A DNA stretch of 64,000 nt, from assembly GCA_028875125.1 (NCBI GenBank), contig JAPPGC010000106.1:5217-69216 (forward strand), in the 5' to 3' direction. The first letter of the stretch is position 1, and each line of letters starts with the position of its first letter. The notes beneath the pieces were generated by a model, which saw only the letters and a program-made list of their open reading frames with translations, did not search any database and was not told where the DNA came from. The translations under genes were made by a program, and so were the position numbers. Of this stretch, positions 39,779 through 50,693 are shown in pieces. The stretch is from Bacteroidota bacterium (lineage in GTDB: Bacteria; Bacteroidota; Rhodothermia; Rhodothermales; Bin80).

Positions 39779-40651
39779 ATGCGCATACTGATTACAGCGT
39801 TATTCGCCGTTCTTTGCCTGTTTGGCTGCAATATGGAGCCGGAGTCCGCCTATAACGGCTCTGAAGCCGATAGGCTCACTGCTGATGCAGAGGCACGGCT
39901 CTCGGCCACGGAAGGAGGACAGATGGTACTCCGCGCAATTGAAGCACATGGGGGATTGGATGCCTGGCACAATGCGGAGACGAGTGCCTATATCTGGGGC
40001 TTCGCAGGAGGTATGCGGACCAGATTGGTAGCCAACAACCGCACTAGACAGATATACCACGACATTTTGGCCTTCGCAGATGAAGCGGTTCAAGGCAGTG
40101 TGCAGATGGCGTGGGATGGGTCAGAGGCCTGGGTTTATCCAGATTCGCTGATGGACATGGTGAATCCGAGATTTATGGCAACAACAGGGTACTACTTTCA
40201 ATCCACTCCATTTGTCCTGGCAGACTCGGGGCTTCATTACGAGGTACTGGCTCCGGCGCTTCTGGATAGTGTAGAGCATCAGATAGTACGGGTAACCTTC
40301 GGGGACGGTATAGGTGATGCATATGGCGACCACTACACGTTGTACGTTCACCCGGAGACGAATATGGTGAGTGCGCTCCGATACCGGTCAACCTTTGGTC
40401 GGGGGCGCCCGGCCATCGACGAGAATATGCGGGAAACTCTGCTTTACTACAAAGATCATGTAACGGTTGATGGTTTGACTACGCCGACCCGGTTTGAAGG
40501 GCATGGATTTTCCGAGGGTACTCGGGGAGACCAGTACTATAGTGCAGAATCCAGCGAGCACTCTTTTTCTGCACCATTTGATGCGACCCGTCTGGTGATG
40601 CCTGATGGGGGGCGCGTCCAGCCAATGCCGCCAGGAGACAGCGGGCAGTAG
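39779..40651 (+). CDS. Hypothetical lipoprotein
   Basis: Lipobox LCLFGC. No motif recognised. ATG at 39779; the track's 39776 is a TTG. Confidence 0.5.
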   Translation: MRILITALFAVLCLFGCNMEPESAYNGSEADRLTADAEARLSATEGGQMVLRAIEAHGGLDAWHNAETSAYIWGFAGGMRTRLVANNRTRQIYHDILAFADEAVQGSVQMAWDGSEAWVYPDSLMDMVNPRFMATTGYYFQSTPFVLADSGLHYEVLAPALLDSVEHQIVRVTFGDGIGDAYGDHYTLYVHPETNMVSALRYRSTFGRGRPAIDENMRETLLYYKDHVTVDGLTTPTRFEGHGFSEGTRGDQYYSAESSEHSFSAPFDATRLVMPDGGRVQPMPPGDSGQ

Positions 40652-41009
40652 CTGCATACGCCCTTCAGGACAGACAAACGGAATAGTAAAAGTGGTCGCC
40701 ATATGGCTGTCGCCATGTGATCTCTTACAAGGGTAGATTGATTTTGCCTCAATGCTGCTCATGAAGGGAACTGACCAGCCTTCCCGAATGCGACCAAATA
40801 CAGTTGTGGCGAGGGTGCAATTTTCCTGGCCTGTCTGTACCGCTCGTAGGCGTCGGCACACTCGTGCAGGGTACTACCTATGTCTGGGAGGCGGTTAATA
40901 CGAGCAATGGTTTCAAATAACGTTCGACGAATGCGTATAATAATTCCGAGGAATTGCTTACTTAAGTCAAGTGCATTACCTTAACGGAGTATCAACCAAT
41001 CTTTGAATC

Positions 41010-42515
41010 ATGGCAGCAGAAAGACAACTTAATAGGCGTGAATTTATCGCCACTACAAGCGGGGCCGCTGCCGCGGCAGCTGTATTACCTCGGCGGGTTC
41101 TCGGGGGACCCGGGCGTGTTGCCCCCAGCGACAGAATAAATGTTGCACTCATCGGTTCTGGTACGCAGGCTCTACGCCAACTCATGAGTGACTGGCTGCC
41201 GAGAGAAGACCTGAGTCTTGTTGCGGTGTGCGACCCCAATACGGATTCAGATGATTATCGTGACTGGAGTCCACATGGTATACGCAATTCGGTTCGGCGA
41301 TTCCTGAATAATCCTAACTGGGGATCTGAGACAGGTATTCGGGCTGGTCTCATGGCGGGCAAAGAATTGATAGAAGGTTACTATGCGAACGAGCGCGCGC
41401 AGGGTGACTGGAACGGATTAAAGCTCTACGCGGATTATAGGGAAATGCTGGCTGAATCGGAGGACATCGATGCTGTGATAGATATGACGCCAGAGCACCT
41501 TCACGGCGTAGTTAACATTGCAGGCATGAAAGCAGGCAAAGCAGTGATTTCTCACAAAGTTCTGGCCAATACGCTGCATGAGGTACATCATACGGTTCGG
41601 GTGGCCAAAGAGACCGGTGTGACCACGCATTTGATGGCTTGGAACAACGATCCAAGTCTGTATCAGTTGTGGGAATGGCTTGATCAAGGTATCATCGGAA
41701 AGGTGAAAGAGGTACATAACTGGTCGAATCGCCCTGTCTGGCCACAAGGTTGGATGGAAAATCCGAAGGAAGCGATGCCGATTCCCGAAGGTTTGGACTG
41801 GAGTTTGTGGCTGGGTTGTGTACCGGATAGATCCTACCACCTTGACTACACGCATGCACTGTTTCGGGGGTGGTTTGAATTCGGTAGCGGTTGCCTGGGG
41901 GATATGGGGCAGTACAGCCTGTGGAGGACGTATCGAATGCTGAATCCCGGTCCAGTGGTCAGTGTTCAGGCAAATGCCGCGACGGGTGCAGTTATTGTGG
42001 GGAATCAAAGCCAATGGCGTCGCTCAGAAGTGGCATTCCCGTCGGCAAGTACAGTGCATTTTGAGCATAAGGACTTAGACATCTTCTGGTATGATGGTGG
42101 GATGAAGCCGCGTGTACCGAACGGGTTACTTGCACCGGGTGAACGCCTCCCACGTGAGGGCGTGCTGTACATTGGAGAGTACGGTACAATCATGGGAAAT
42201 AATTTTCTTGCGACTGATTTTCGCCTTTTGCCTGAGAGTCGAATGACCGCTCTGCAGGGGTCCATGCCTGCTGTTCGACCTGCAGAGGACGTGAAGGGTT
42301 CGGTAGACGAGTACGTGGATGCAATTCGTGAAGGCAAGCAGAGTCGGGGCAGCTTCATTAACATCGCAGATCTGGCCGAGGCGACCTGTTTAGCAACGAT
42401 TGCTTTACGGACCGGCGAGCACATTAGTTGGGATGCTGAAAACATGAAGGTGACGAGTGAAAATGTCCCTCACGAACTCATGACACGTGAGTATCGTGAC
42501 GGTTGGGCGGTTTAG
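41010..42515 (+). CDS. Tat-signal Gfo/Idh/MocA-family oxidoreductase (third copy)
   Basis: Twin-arginine motif NRREFIATTSGAAAAAA and Rossmann start ALIGSGTQA. 501 aa. Confidence 0.8.
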   Translation: MAAERQLNRREFIATTSGAAAAAAVLPRRVLGGPGRVAPSDRINVALIGSGTQALRQLMSDWLPREDLSLVAVCDPNTDSDDYRDWSPHGIRNSVRRFLNNPNWGSETGIRAGLMAGKELIEGYYANERAQGDWNGLKLYADYREMLAESEDIDAVIDMTPEHLHGVVNIAGMKAGKAVISHKVLANTLHEVHHTVRVAKETGVTTHLMAWNNDPSLYQLWEWLDQGIIGKVKEVHNWSNRPVWPQGWMENPKEAMPIPEGLDWSLWLGCVPDRSYHLDYTHALFRGWFEFGSGCLGDMGQYSLWRTYRMLNPGPVVSVQANAATGAVIVGNQSQWRRSEVAFPSASTVHFEHKDLDIFWYDGGMKPRVPNGLLAPGERLPREGVLYIGEYGTIMGNNFLATDFRLLPESRMTALQGSMPAVRPAEDVKGSVDEYVDAIREGKQSRGSFINIADLAEATCLATIALRTGEHISWDAENMKVTSENVPHELMTREYRDGWAV

Positions 42516-42873
42516 GCATGATCAACTGGCCGGGTTGCCAGCATTACTGCAGCATATTGATTGGGCGGAACCGTTTTCGGTGTGCGGCAGGGATGTGGTC
42601 CTAAGCAGGATTGTTGCTGTGGAGAGATAGGATAACAGTCAGCCCCTGAGGATATACTCATTAGATATATTTTCAGCCTCTATGTCTCTTCCCGAGAGGC
42701 CATTGGCAATCCCCTCAATCCTGAAATCCAATGCCGGGAAGACCGTAGGGACAGTCCCTGGTTTCGGTTCGCCATAATTGCAGTAAGAATGGATGACTGT
42801 CGTGGTCACGATGGCCAGATTAACCTGATCGGTCTATAATCTAGTTCACCCCAGCAATTTATCAGGGAGCGTG

Positions 42874-42912
42874 TGACAAGTTGTCATGATTCCGTAGCAT
42901 GGAATACTTTTG
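42874..42912 (+). promoter_or_regulatory. Candidate clpB promoter with an overlapping palindromic operator (TGACAA-G-TTGTCA)
   Basis: The palindrome lies at 42874-42886. Its right arm supplies a TTG (42881-83) 21 nt upstream of TACTTTTG (42905-12). That 8-mer fits the Bacteroidetes -7 consensus TAnnTTTG. The clpB ATG is at 42964. Confidence 0.3.
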
Positions 42913-42963
42913 GTGCATCCTATATCCAAGCACAACTATTGACAAAAAGTCAGACCAATTACA

Positions 42964-45576
42964 ATGAACCTAAATAACTATACCGTTAAAGCACAAGAGA
43001 TTGTCCGGAAGGCGCTCGAGATCGCTGCGGAGAATAATCATCAGGGACTTGATCCGGCACATTTGCTGAAGGCATTTCTGATGGATCTTAACAGCATTGG
43101 CGTCACCATAATGCAGCGCCTTAGCGTAGATTTGCAGGGCCTGCAAGACGAGGTGGATCAATTGCTCGAAAAGTTGCCGGTGGTCACAGGATCATCGGTA
43201 GAAGGGGGCTATTTGACTAGCGAAGCCAAGCGCACATTTGACAAGGCGCTGGAGGAGTCTCGGGCGCTAAAGGACCAATTTGTGAGCAGTGAACACTTGC
43301 TTATCGCTTTAGCTGCGACTAGTGGGCCCGTAAGTCAGGCATTGGCGCGTCGCGGAGTGACCAAGCAGGCAATACTGGGGGTACTCAAGGACGTTCGGGG
43401 CAATCGACGCGTTACTGATCAGCATGCTGAAGATCGCTACCGCGCGCTGGAGCGTTTTACCCGTAACCTTAACGAACTTGCCTCGACAGGAAAGATTGAC
43501 CCCGTGATTGGACGCGATGAAGAGATTCGACGTGTGCTGCAGATCCTTTCACGACGGACAAAAAACAATCCAGTACTTATCGGAGAAGCAGGCGTAGGTA
43601 AGACTGCGATTGCCGAGGGTATCGCAATTCGGATCGTACAAGGGGATGTCCCGGAAGGCCTGAAATCCAGACGACTGCATGCGCTTGATGTGGGGGCTTT
43701 GATCGCAGGCGCCAAGTATCGGGGAGAATTCGAGGATCGGCTGAAGGCTGTGGTCAAGGAAGTCACCGATGCCAATGGAGAAATTCTACTCTTCATTGAC
43801 GAGATCCATACTCTGGTAGGCGCCGGAGCCGCCGAAGGCGCAATGGATGCCGCTAACATTCTCAAACCTGCCTTGGCCAGAGGCGACCTTCGTGCTATAG
43901 GTGCAACAACGCTCGATGAGTATCGAAAATATTTCGAGAAAGACAAAGCACTGGAGCGGAGATTTCAGACGGTCTTGGTGAGCGAGCCAGATCTGGACGA
44001 CGCAATCTCTATTCTGCGAGGCATTCGTGAACGCTACGAAGTGCACCACGGGGTGCGTATTACGGATGCAGCAATTGTTGCTGCCGTCCAACTGAGTAAT
44101 CGATACATTGGGGATCGGCATCTACCGGACAAGGCGATTGATCTGGTTGATGAAGCCATGGCTCGTCTGCGGACTGAGATAGACTCACTTCCAGAGGAAC
44201 TGGATACGCTGGAGCGACAGATCAGACAGCTGGAGATCGAACGCGAGGCACTAAAACGTGAGGACGACGCGGAAAAACTTGCGGTGCTTGAGGAGCAGCT
44301 GGCTAATCTGACAGAAGAGCGCAGCAGCCTGCGTGCGCGATGGGATGAAGAGAAACGCCTTATTGCGAAGATTCGGGAGGCGAAAGAGCAGATAGAAGAA
44401 CTACGTATCAAGGATGAAGCACTCGTACGCGCAGGTCGCTATGAAGAAGTTGCCAAAATTCGTCACGGTACAATTCCTGAGCTTGAAAGCCGAATTCAGG
44501 ACGCTCAGGCCAAGATCTCAGAGGTGCAGGCAGGTGGTGCACTCCTGAAAGAAGAAGTGGATACAGAAGATATTGCAGAGATTGTCTCGAAATGGACCGG
44601 TGTACCAGTTGCCCGGATGCTGGAGAGTGAACGGATCAAGCTGCTCCGGGCAGAGGATGAGCTCAGGCGTCGCGTAGTTGGTCAGGACGATGCCATTGAG
44701 GCAATTGCGGATGCCGTGCGCCGTGGGCGGGCAGGTTTACAGGAGCAGGGGCGCCCGATCGGATCCTTTATTTTCCTAGGATCTACTGGCGTAGGTAAGA
44801 CTGAACTGGCCAAAGCATTGGCCGAGTTCCTCTTCAACAGTGAGCAGGCTCTGGTACGCATTGATATGAGTGAATACCAGGAACGCCATACCGTAAGCAG
44901 ATTGATCGGTGCACCTCCAGGGTATGTGGGGTATGAAGAAGGCGGGCAGCTGACGGAGAGGGTCCGGCGAAGACCCTACGCAGTGGTGCTGCTGGATGAA
45001 ATCGAAAAAGCTCATCCCGAGGTGTTTAACATCCTGCTTCAAGTACTGGATGAGGGTTGCCTGACTGACAATAAGGGGCGAACAACGGATTTCAAGAACA
45101 CAATTGTGATCATGACTAGTAATCTGGGAAGTGATCTGATTCGTCAACGGATAGAGATGGGAGAGACACTGAATCGTCAGGCACTTCGGCGCGAAATCAT
45201 GGATCTCCTGAAGATGAGCGTGCGCCCGGAATTCCTGAATCGTATTGACGAGATTGTGTTGTTCAACTCACTGGACAAAGACGTCATTCGTCAGATTGTG
45301 ACGATCCAGTTTGCTCGTATTCAGCGGTTAGCACTACAGAGCCATGAAGTAGCACTCACACTGACGGAGGGCGCCAGAGACTATCTGGCGGAGAAGGGCT
45401 TTGATCCGGCATTTGGCGCGCGTCCAGTCAAGCGTCTGCTTCAGCGTGAGATCGTTAACGCACTTGCAGAAGAAATCCTCTCGGGCTGGGTATCTGCCGG
45501 ACAGACCGTTAATGTGGATGTGGCTTCGGATGGCAGTGGATTAGTGCTTGAAACCGAGTCGATGGTGACTACATAG
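42964..45576 (+). CDS. clpB: ATP-dependent chaperone ClpB
   Basis: Clp_N repeats, two AAA+ modules (GEAGVGKTA; GSTGVGKTE), a long middle coiled coil and a C-terminal D2-small domain. 870 aa. Confidence 0.97.
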   Translation: MNLNNYTVKAQEIVRKALEIAAENNHQGLDPAHLLKAFLMDLNSIGVTIMQRLSVDLQGLQDEVDQLLEKLPVVTGSSVEGGYLTSEAKRTFDKALEESRALKDQFVSSEHLLIALAATSGPVSQALARRGVTKQAILGVLKDVRGNRRVTDQHAEDRYRALERFTRNLNELASTGKIDPVIGRDEEIRRVLQILSRRTKNNPVLIGEAGVGKTAIAEGIAIRIVQGDVPEGLKSRRLHALDVGALIAGAKYRGEFEDRLKAVVKEVTDANGEILLFIDEIHTLVGAGAAEGAMDAANILKPALARGDLRAIGATTLDEYRKYFEKDKALERRFQTVLVSEPDLDDAISILRGIRERYEVHHGVRITDAAIVAAVQLSNRYIGDRHLPDKAIDLVDEAMARLRTEIDSLPEELDTLERQIRQLEIEREALKREDDAEKLAVLEEQLANLTEERSSLRARWDEEKRLIAKIREAKEQIEELRIKDEALVRAGRYEEVAKIRHGTIPELESRIQDAQAKISEVQAGGALLKEEVDTEDIAEIVSKWTGVPVARMLESERIKLLRAEDELRRRVVGQDDAIEAIADAVRRGRAGLQEQGRPIGSFIFLGSTGVGKTELAKALAEFLFNSEQALVRIDMSEYQERHTVSRLIGAPPGYVGYEEGGQLTERVRRRPYAVVLLDEIEKAHPEVFNILLQVLDEGCLTDNKGRTTDFKNTIVIMTSNLGSDLIRQRIEMGETLNRQALRREIMDLLKMSVRPEFLNRIDEIVLFNSLDKDVIRQIVTIQFARIQRLALQSHEVALTLTEGARDYLAEKGFDPAFGARPVKRLLQREIVNALAEEILSGWVSAGQTVNVDVASDGSGLVLETESMVTT

Positions 45577-45702
45577 GCGTTGGAATAACGGCATTTAGCG
45601 GGCAGGCCCTCTACAATAAGGTGAATATGTACTATATTGGCGTATATTCCAGCGTCTGGTCATGGTTGGAATACCGGTTATTAGGTTGGAGGGCCATCGC
45701 TT

Positions 45703-48700
45703 ATGTACTTAGGCAAACTTCTTGTTCAAGGTTTTAAGAGTTTTGCCTCCGCAACGGAGTTGTGTTTTGATCCGGGGATTACTGCCATTGTTGGTCCCAA
45801 TGGCTGTGGGAAATCCAACATTGTTGATGCATTGCGTTGGGTCATTGGAGAGCAGCGGGCACGTGTGCTGCGATCAGATAGGATGGACAATATCATCTTC
45901 AATGGAACGTCAAAACGTCGTGCGGTAGGATTGGCCGAAGTTCAGTTGACGATCATGAATACTCGGGGGATACTGCCCCTTGAGTATTCCGAAGTGATGT
46001 TAGGACGTCGTCTGTATCGTTCCGGGGAGGCAGAGTACTTGCTTAGCGGTGTACCCTGCAGACTTCGGGATATTACTGACCTGTTTACAGATACCGGAAT
46101 GGGTGCAGGGGCCTACTCGGTCATTGAACTGAAAATGATTGAGGAGATTCTCTCTGAGAGTACTCAGGATCGTCGCCGGCTGTTTGAGGAGGCCTCTGGG
46201 ATCACGCGATACAAGAAACGTCGAGCGGATGCGCTGCGCAAGCTTGATAACATGAAATCTGATCTTGCGCGCGTTCGGGATCTGAAAGACGAGATTTCCT
46301 CGCGCGTACGCAGTCTCAAACGGCAGGCCACTATTGCTGAACGTTACTTACGCTATAAGTCTGAACTGAACTGTGCCCAGCTAACGCTTCTTCAGTTCGA
46401 GTATAGTTGGTTGGCTTTTGAAGAGGAGGACCTGGCAGAGGATGAAACCAGGATAGCGGATCATTGCATGGATCTGACTTCCAAGCTGCATGCCTACGAT
46501 GCGCAACTTGAAGCCCTCAGAACCAGATTTGTATCTGAGCAGCAGTCAGCAGAGGCCAACCGCCAGGAGTTGGTTAGACATGAACAACGGGTTGCGGAGC
46601 TGGAGGGAGAGATTCGATTAGGTCAGGCGAACCTGAAAATGATTGCACGCGATCTGGATAGATTGCTTCTGGAGGGGGAGACGGCGGCCTCTGAGTCCGC
46701 AGAGTTGTCCGATGATCGTGAGTCTGTAAGTTCGGCGTTGTCTGCTGCAATGCCGCAGGCCGCCAAGGCCGTCCAGGACTTGGATGGGGCGATTTCCGCT
46801 AGAGATACTGCACGTGAAAACCTGGGATTACTGGAGCAAGAAAGAAACTCTTTCCAAGGAACAGCAAATGATCTCAGTCAGCAAAGGGCTGGTATTCAGC
46901 GTCTAGTTGACCGGCTGCAAGGCCGCATTACCCATTTGAGGATAGAGGAAGACAGACTGAGCACAGAGCAGGAGTCCGGGGGTGAAACAGATGCGGGGGC
47001 GGCAAAGGCGGTCGAAGCTGCCAACCATGCACTTGAAGAAGCAAAACAGCATCTTGATGCTGCCAGATCTGAACGAACCGAAACCGAAACAGCAAATGAA
47101 GCGCTGGCAAGAAGGATCACACACGCAGAAGATGCTGTACGGCTGGCCGAAAAGGGCTTGGCTGCGAAGCTCGGAGAGACAAAGATTCTACGCGACCTCG
47201 TTGATGCCTATGAATTTTTCCCGGACGCGGTTCGGTATCTCTCAGCCCGGACAGAGAATATTGAGGTTACTGCACTTGGGGATTTGATCACGTGTGAACC
47301 GAAATACCGGGCCGCCTTGGCAGGTGCACTTGGGGCCTATGGCGCCTGTATGGTTGCAAAGACGAGGGCGGACGCGGAAGAGGCAGCCGAGCTGCTTCGC
47401 CTGGGGGATATGGGGCGTGCTTATTTCATTGTTCTGGAGAATGTCCAGGACAGGCCTTTGGTCAATGAGAGCCCACCTAATGCTCTGCGGACGCTCGTTA
47501 GACTGCGTGAGGAGGATTGCGCGCCGATCGTCGATCTATTGCTGCAGGATGTTTTTCTCGTCGAATCCCTTGAGGAGGCCCGGGTGATGCTCAATAATGG
47601 AAGGGGTGCGAATGATCGGTACGTGACTTTGCAAGGTGAATGGATAGATGCGAGGGGTATGGTGTATGCAGGAGGGGATGAAGAGGGCGGGGTTTATTCA
47701 TACTTGGTCCAGCGCGGTAATCTGCAGGAGGCCAGCGATGCGTGCAGTGAGCTTGAGGAGCAGGTTGAACAGGCAAAAAACCTGCTCACGGAGATTCGTG
47801 CAACTCAGCGTCAATTAAATTTAAAAGAAGTTGTAGATCGGGCGCACATAGCGGAAGCAAAGTATGCGGAGGCTAATCGCACAGCCCAGAACTGTACGCA
47901 AATACATGAGATTGCCTCAAATCGGCTGGGGGAACTCAGGCATCGGAAGTCGCAGGTTGAACAGGAAATTTTGGATTTGGAGTCGGAGGTGCAGTCCCAT
48001 GGTGATGAACTGCAAGAGTCTGATGAAAAACTCGCTGAGATCCAAAAGCATCTCAAACTAGTTGACGACAAGATTGAGACCTCGACGACACAGTTAGAGG
48101 CGGCGCAGAACACTCACATTGCGGCGCAGGCTGCTGCCGTTAAAACAGCCTCCGAGTGTGACCGCCTGAAAGGTGATATGAAGCGTCTCGAACAACATCG
48201 GATGCGTCTGGATAAGCGAGTAGCGCAGCAAGGCAGAGATCATGCTGCACTGATACAGGCGCAGAAGAAGGTCAGTGCACAAGTGCATGAACTAACACTC
48301 AAACTCGACGACGAGCGTGCCCGTCGCAAAGACCTGGATAACCTGAGTGCACAGGATAAAGCACGTGAGCACGAGTCTCGCGTTGAGTTGGAGCAGGTGA
48401 ATGATCGTCTACGCAAAGGGCGTAGAGCCCTTCAGGAGGCAAAGCAGGAAGAAGCAGATGTTCGAGTGAAACGCAGTGCAGTGACAGCGCGCTTGGAGGA
48501 TATGGTTCACCGCGCAAGTGAAGAGTACGGCACCAAGCTTACTAGAATTTCAGAAAATACCGAGATTGACGAAGTTGCGCTCAGAGAAGAAATCAAGCAA
48601 AAAGAGCGCAAACTGCAATCGATGGGCAACGTCAATGCACTCGCCCTTGAAGAATATGAGAAAGAGAATGAGCGGCTTGAGTTTATTGAGACGCAGTTTT

Positions 48701-49239
48701 CGGACCTTGAGGAAGCTCAGAATACTTTGATTCGCACGATCAGAGAAATAAATCGTACGGCGTCAAAGCAATTCATTGACACCTTTGTGTTAATACGAGA
48801 AAACTTTCGTGAGCTTTTTTGTGAGCTTTTTGGCGAAAAAGCCAAATGCGAACTCGATCTGACCGTGCCGGAAGATGTACTGGAGTCGCCGATCGCTGTT
48901 ACGGCCAGACCAAGTGGGAAACGCCCAGTCAGTATAGCACAGCTTTCAAGCGGAGAAAAAACGCTTACTGCAATTGCGTTGCTGTTTGCAATTTATCTGG
49001 TCAAACCTAGTCCATTCTGCTTTCTTGATGAAGTAGACGCTCCTTTAGATGACGTTAACGTAGAGCACTTTATGCGCCTTATTCGCCGCTTCTCCTCGGA
49101 TACTCAGTTTGTTCTGGTCACACACAACAAGCGGACAATGGAAATGGCCGATCGACTGTACGGCGTTACAATGCAGGAAGAAGGGGTTTCCAGCCTGGTG
49201 AGTGTGCGCTTCGAGGAAGCAATGGCTATGGCAGGATAG
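45703..49239 (+). CDS. smc: Chromosome segregation protein SMC
   Basis: Walker [10 protein letters not shown], long coiled coils with a central hinge, signature LSSGEKTL and Walker [12 protein letters not shown]. 1178 aa. Confidence 0.95.
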   Translation: MYLGKLLVQGFKSFASATELCFDPGITAIVGPNGCGKSNIVDALRWVIGEQRARVLRSDRMDNIIFNGTSKRRAVGLAEVQLTIMNTRGILPLEYSEVMLGRRLYRSGEAEYLLSGVPCRLRDITDLFTDTGMGAGAYSVIELKMIEEILSESTQDRRRLFEEASGITRYKKRRADALRKLDNMKSDLARVRDLKDEISSRVRSLKRQATIAERYLRYKSELNCAQLTLLQFEYSWLAFEEEDLAEDETRIADHCMDLTSKLHAYDAQLEALRTRFVSEQQSAEANRQELVRHEQRVAELEGEIRLGQANLKMIARDLDRLLLEGETAASESAELSDDRESVSSALSAAMPQAAKAVQDLDGAISARDTARENLGLLEQERNSFQGTANDLSQQRAGIQRLVDRLQGRITHLRIEEDRLSTEQESGGETDAGAAKAVEAANHALEEAKQHLDAARSERTETETANEALARRITHAEDAVRLAEKGLAAKLGETKILRDLVDAYEFFPDAVRYLSARTENIEVTALGDLITCEPKYRAALAGALGAYGACMVAKTRADAEEAAELLRLGDMGRAYFIVLENVQDRPLVNESPPNALRTLVRLREEDCAPIVDLLLQDVFLVESLEEARVMLNNGRGANDRYVTLQGEWIDARGMVYAGGDEEGGVYSYLVQRGNLQEASDACSELEEQVEQAKNLLTEIRATQRQLNLKEVVDRAHIAEAKYAEANRTAQNCTQIHEIASNRLGELRHRKSQVEQEILDLESEVQSHGDELQESDEKLAEIQKHLKLVDDKIETSTTQLEAAQNTHIAAQAAAVKTASECDRLKGDMKRLEQHRMRLDKRVAQQGRDHAALIQAQKKVSAQVHELTLKLDDERARRKDLDNLSAQDKAREHESRVELEQVNDRLRKGRRALQEAKQEEADVRVKRSAVTARLEDMVHRASEEYGTKLTRISENTEIDEVALREEIKQKERKLQSMGNVNALALEEYEKENERLEFIETQFSDLEEAQNTLIRTIREINRTASKQFIDTFVLIRENFRELFCELFGEKAKCELDLTVPEDVLESPIAVTARPSGKRPVSIAQLSSGEKTLTAIALLFAIYLVKPSPFCFLDEVDAPLDDVNVEHFMRLIRRFSSDTQFVLVTHNKRTMEMADRLYGVTMQEEGVSSLVSVRFEEAMAMAG

Positions 49240-49624
49240 CGTCCACTTCTATCTCGACGAGGAACTCTGTTGCGATCAATCCAGAAACTTCCACCATTGT
49301 GGCTGCGGGCCGGATATCCTGGAAGACCTCACCATGGGCTTTGCCGACCTTGTCACCATTGGCGAGGATATCTACAACATACATCCGCGTACGCACGACA
49401 TCAGTAAGAGAACTCCCCAGTTTTTGGAGGGCGTCAGCAATTATGGCAAAAATATGTCGGGCCTGTTCGTAGGCATCGCCTTTGCCCACAACCTTTCCGT
49501 GTGATTCAGTTGCCGTAGTGCCCGACACATGCACGTATCGGCCGACGCGCACAGCGCGCGTGTACCCGTACTGTGTCTCCCACACTGCCCCGCTGCTGAC
49601 GGACCGTCGCTCAGAGTCGTTCAT
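49226..49624 (-). CDS. RidA/YjgF-family protein
   Basis: 132 aa. The pattern YVHVSGTTA...VVRTRMYV...[11 protein letters not shown]...EIEVDA fits the family. Its 3' end overlaps the smc 3' end by 14 nt (convergent). Confidence 0.8.
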   Translation of the reverse strand: MNDSERRSVSSGAVWETQYGYTRAVRVGRYVHVSGTTATESHGKVVGKGDAYEQARHIFAIIADALQKLGSSLTDVVRTRMYVVDILANGDKVGKAHGEVFQDIRPAATMVEVSGLIATEFLVEIEVDAILP

Positions 49625-49870
49625 AGATCGGATAGTATCAGGTTAATGTAAGGGCTTGGGAGGTCTGAGGACAAACCAGATTCCAACGCTATACAGAAAA
49701 CGGAAACCATGCTGCGATCAATCACACAAGCCAGAGTCGCATGCATTTCATCCCGTTTAATCTGACAAGAAAGCGTACGTGCATCACGCTACACTCGAGC
49801 GGGGTGGCCTGGGTACTAGAGTGTACAGAAGAAGCTGAAATGAACGCAGTTTGAGAGCAGTATCGCACAC

Positions 49871-50362
49871 TCAGAGCGTAACGTATTTCACGAGCCTAGC
49901 GAGCTCCTCATCATCGACATACTTGCCGATCTCGCGCTCAAACTGGGCCATGTTTTCGTAGGGACGATACTCCTTAAACTCATGCAGCATTCTGCTTCCG
50001 ACGCCTGGAATTGCAAGGATGTCTTCGTCGGAAGCGGAATTGACCTCAACGGGAATAAAAACTGTTTTCAGAATCTCCTCGGCAGCTTCATCGCCAATCT
50101 CGGCAGCGAGGCTGGCAAACAGTTCTCCGAGTGAGGCGAACGGGCGACGGGCGACTATGTGCGTAGCAACGGTATCGCCAGTCACTTCGTGCAACGTTTG
50201 CTCGGCAGCCGTGTTGGCATCAAGTAATCCCACCTCCTGTGCGGAGATAGCATCCGCAGGGCCAACATCGCTGTCGGCCGAGGAATCATACGAATCCCCG
50301 CTCCCGCCACAGGCGGCAACCGACAACGCAAGAGCAAATAGCCCTACGCGTAAGAAATTCAT
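49871..50362 (-). CDS. Lipoprotein with two helix-hairpin-helix (ComEA-like) motifs
   Basis: Lipobox LSVAAC. Two HhH-like units (LDANTAAEQTLHEVTG...; VNSASDEDILAIPGVGSRMLHEFKEYRPY). Confidence 0.6.
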   Translation of the reverse strand: MNFLRVGLFALALSVAACGGSGDSYDSSADSDVGPADAISAQEVGLLDANTAAEQTLHEVTGDTVATHIVARRPFASLGELFASLAAEIGDEAAEEILKTVFIPVEVNSASDEDILAIPGVGSRMLHEFKEYRPYENMAQFEREIGKYVDDEELARLVKYVTL

Positions 50363-50399
50363 TATTAATCAGACGATTTGCCCGGAGGCAGTGGTTACA

Positions 50400-50693
50400 T
50401 CAAAGCAACTCGCCGGATGCTTCCTCACCCTCGTCTCCTCCCTCTTCGCCATGATCCTCCGCCCCTTCTTCACCTTCATCTGACATTTCGTGGTCCATAT
50501 CATCCATGGCCTCGGTAGTGTCGCTGTCCATGGCATCATCCTCCATCATGGCATCATCGCCATCCATGGCAGCTTCCTCCTCCATGGCGTCGCCAGGAGC
50601 AGCCGCATCGTCGGTTGCGGCATCGTCAGCGCTGCCACCGCAGGCGGCAATCAACAAGGCAAGAGCGAAAAGGGCAATTTGAAAGAATTTCAT
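50400..50693 (-). CDS. Hyper-acidic Met/Asp/Glu-rich small lipoprotein
   Basis: Start at ATG 50693 (MKFFQIALFALALLIAAC, with a lipobox). The mature part of about 79 aa is almost entirely D/E/A/M/G. The ATG overlaps the upstream stop (ATGA). Confidence 0.55.
   Translation of the reverse strand: MKFFQIALFALALLIAACGGSADDAATDDAAAPGDAMEEEAAMDGDDAMMEDDAMDSDTTEAMDDMDHEMSDEGEEGAEDHGEEGGDEGEEASGELL

Noticed and set aside
40388-40861. 157-aa minus-strand ORF overlapping the 3' end of the lipoprotein gene and extending into the next gap.
   Set aside because: More than half of it is antisense to a better-supported lipoprotein ORF, and the remainder has no motif. I also noticed a start-less open frame of about 60 codons on the minus strand at roughly 40770-40950 (..RTLFETIARINRLPDIGSTLHECADAYERYRQARK..). 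It has no start codon and I cannot assign it, so it may be a gene relic.
45579-45677. Direct repeat GTTGGAATAACGG / GTTGGAATACCGG (plus a third GGTTGGA) in the clpB-smc intergenic region.
   Set aside because: The repeat is short and imperfect, with no associated structure or known motif. I note it only.
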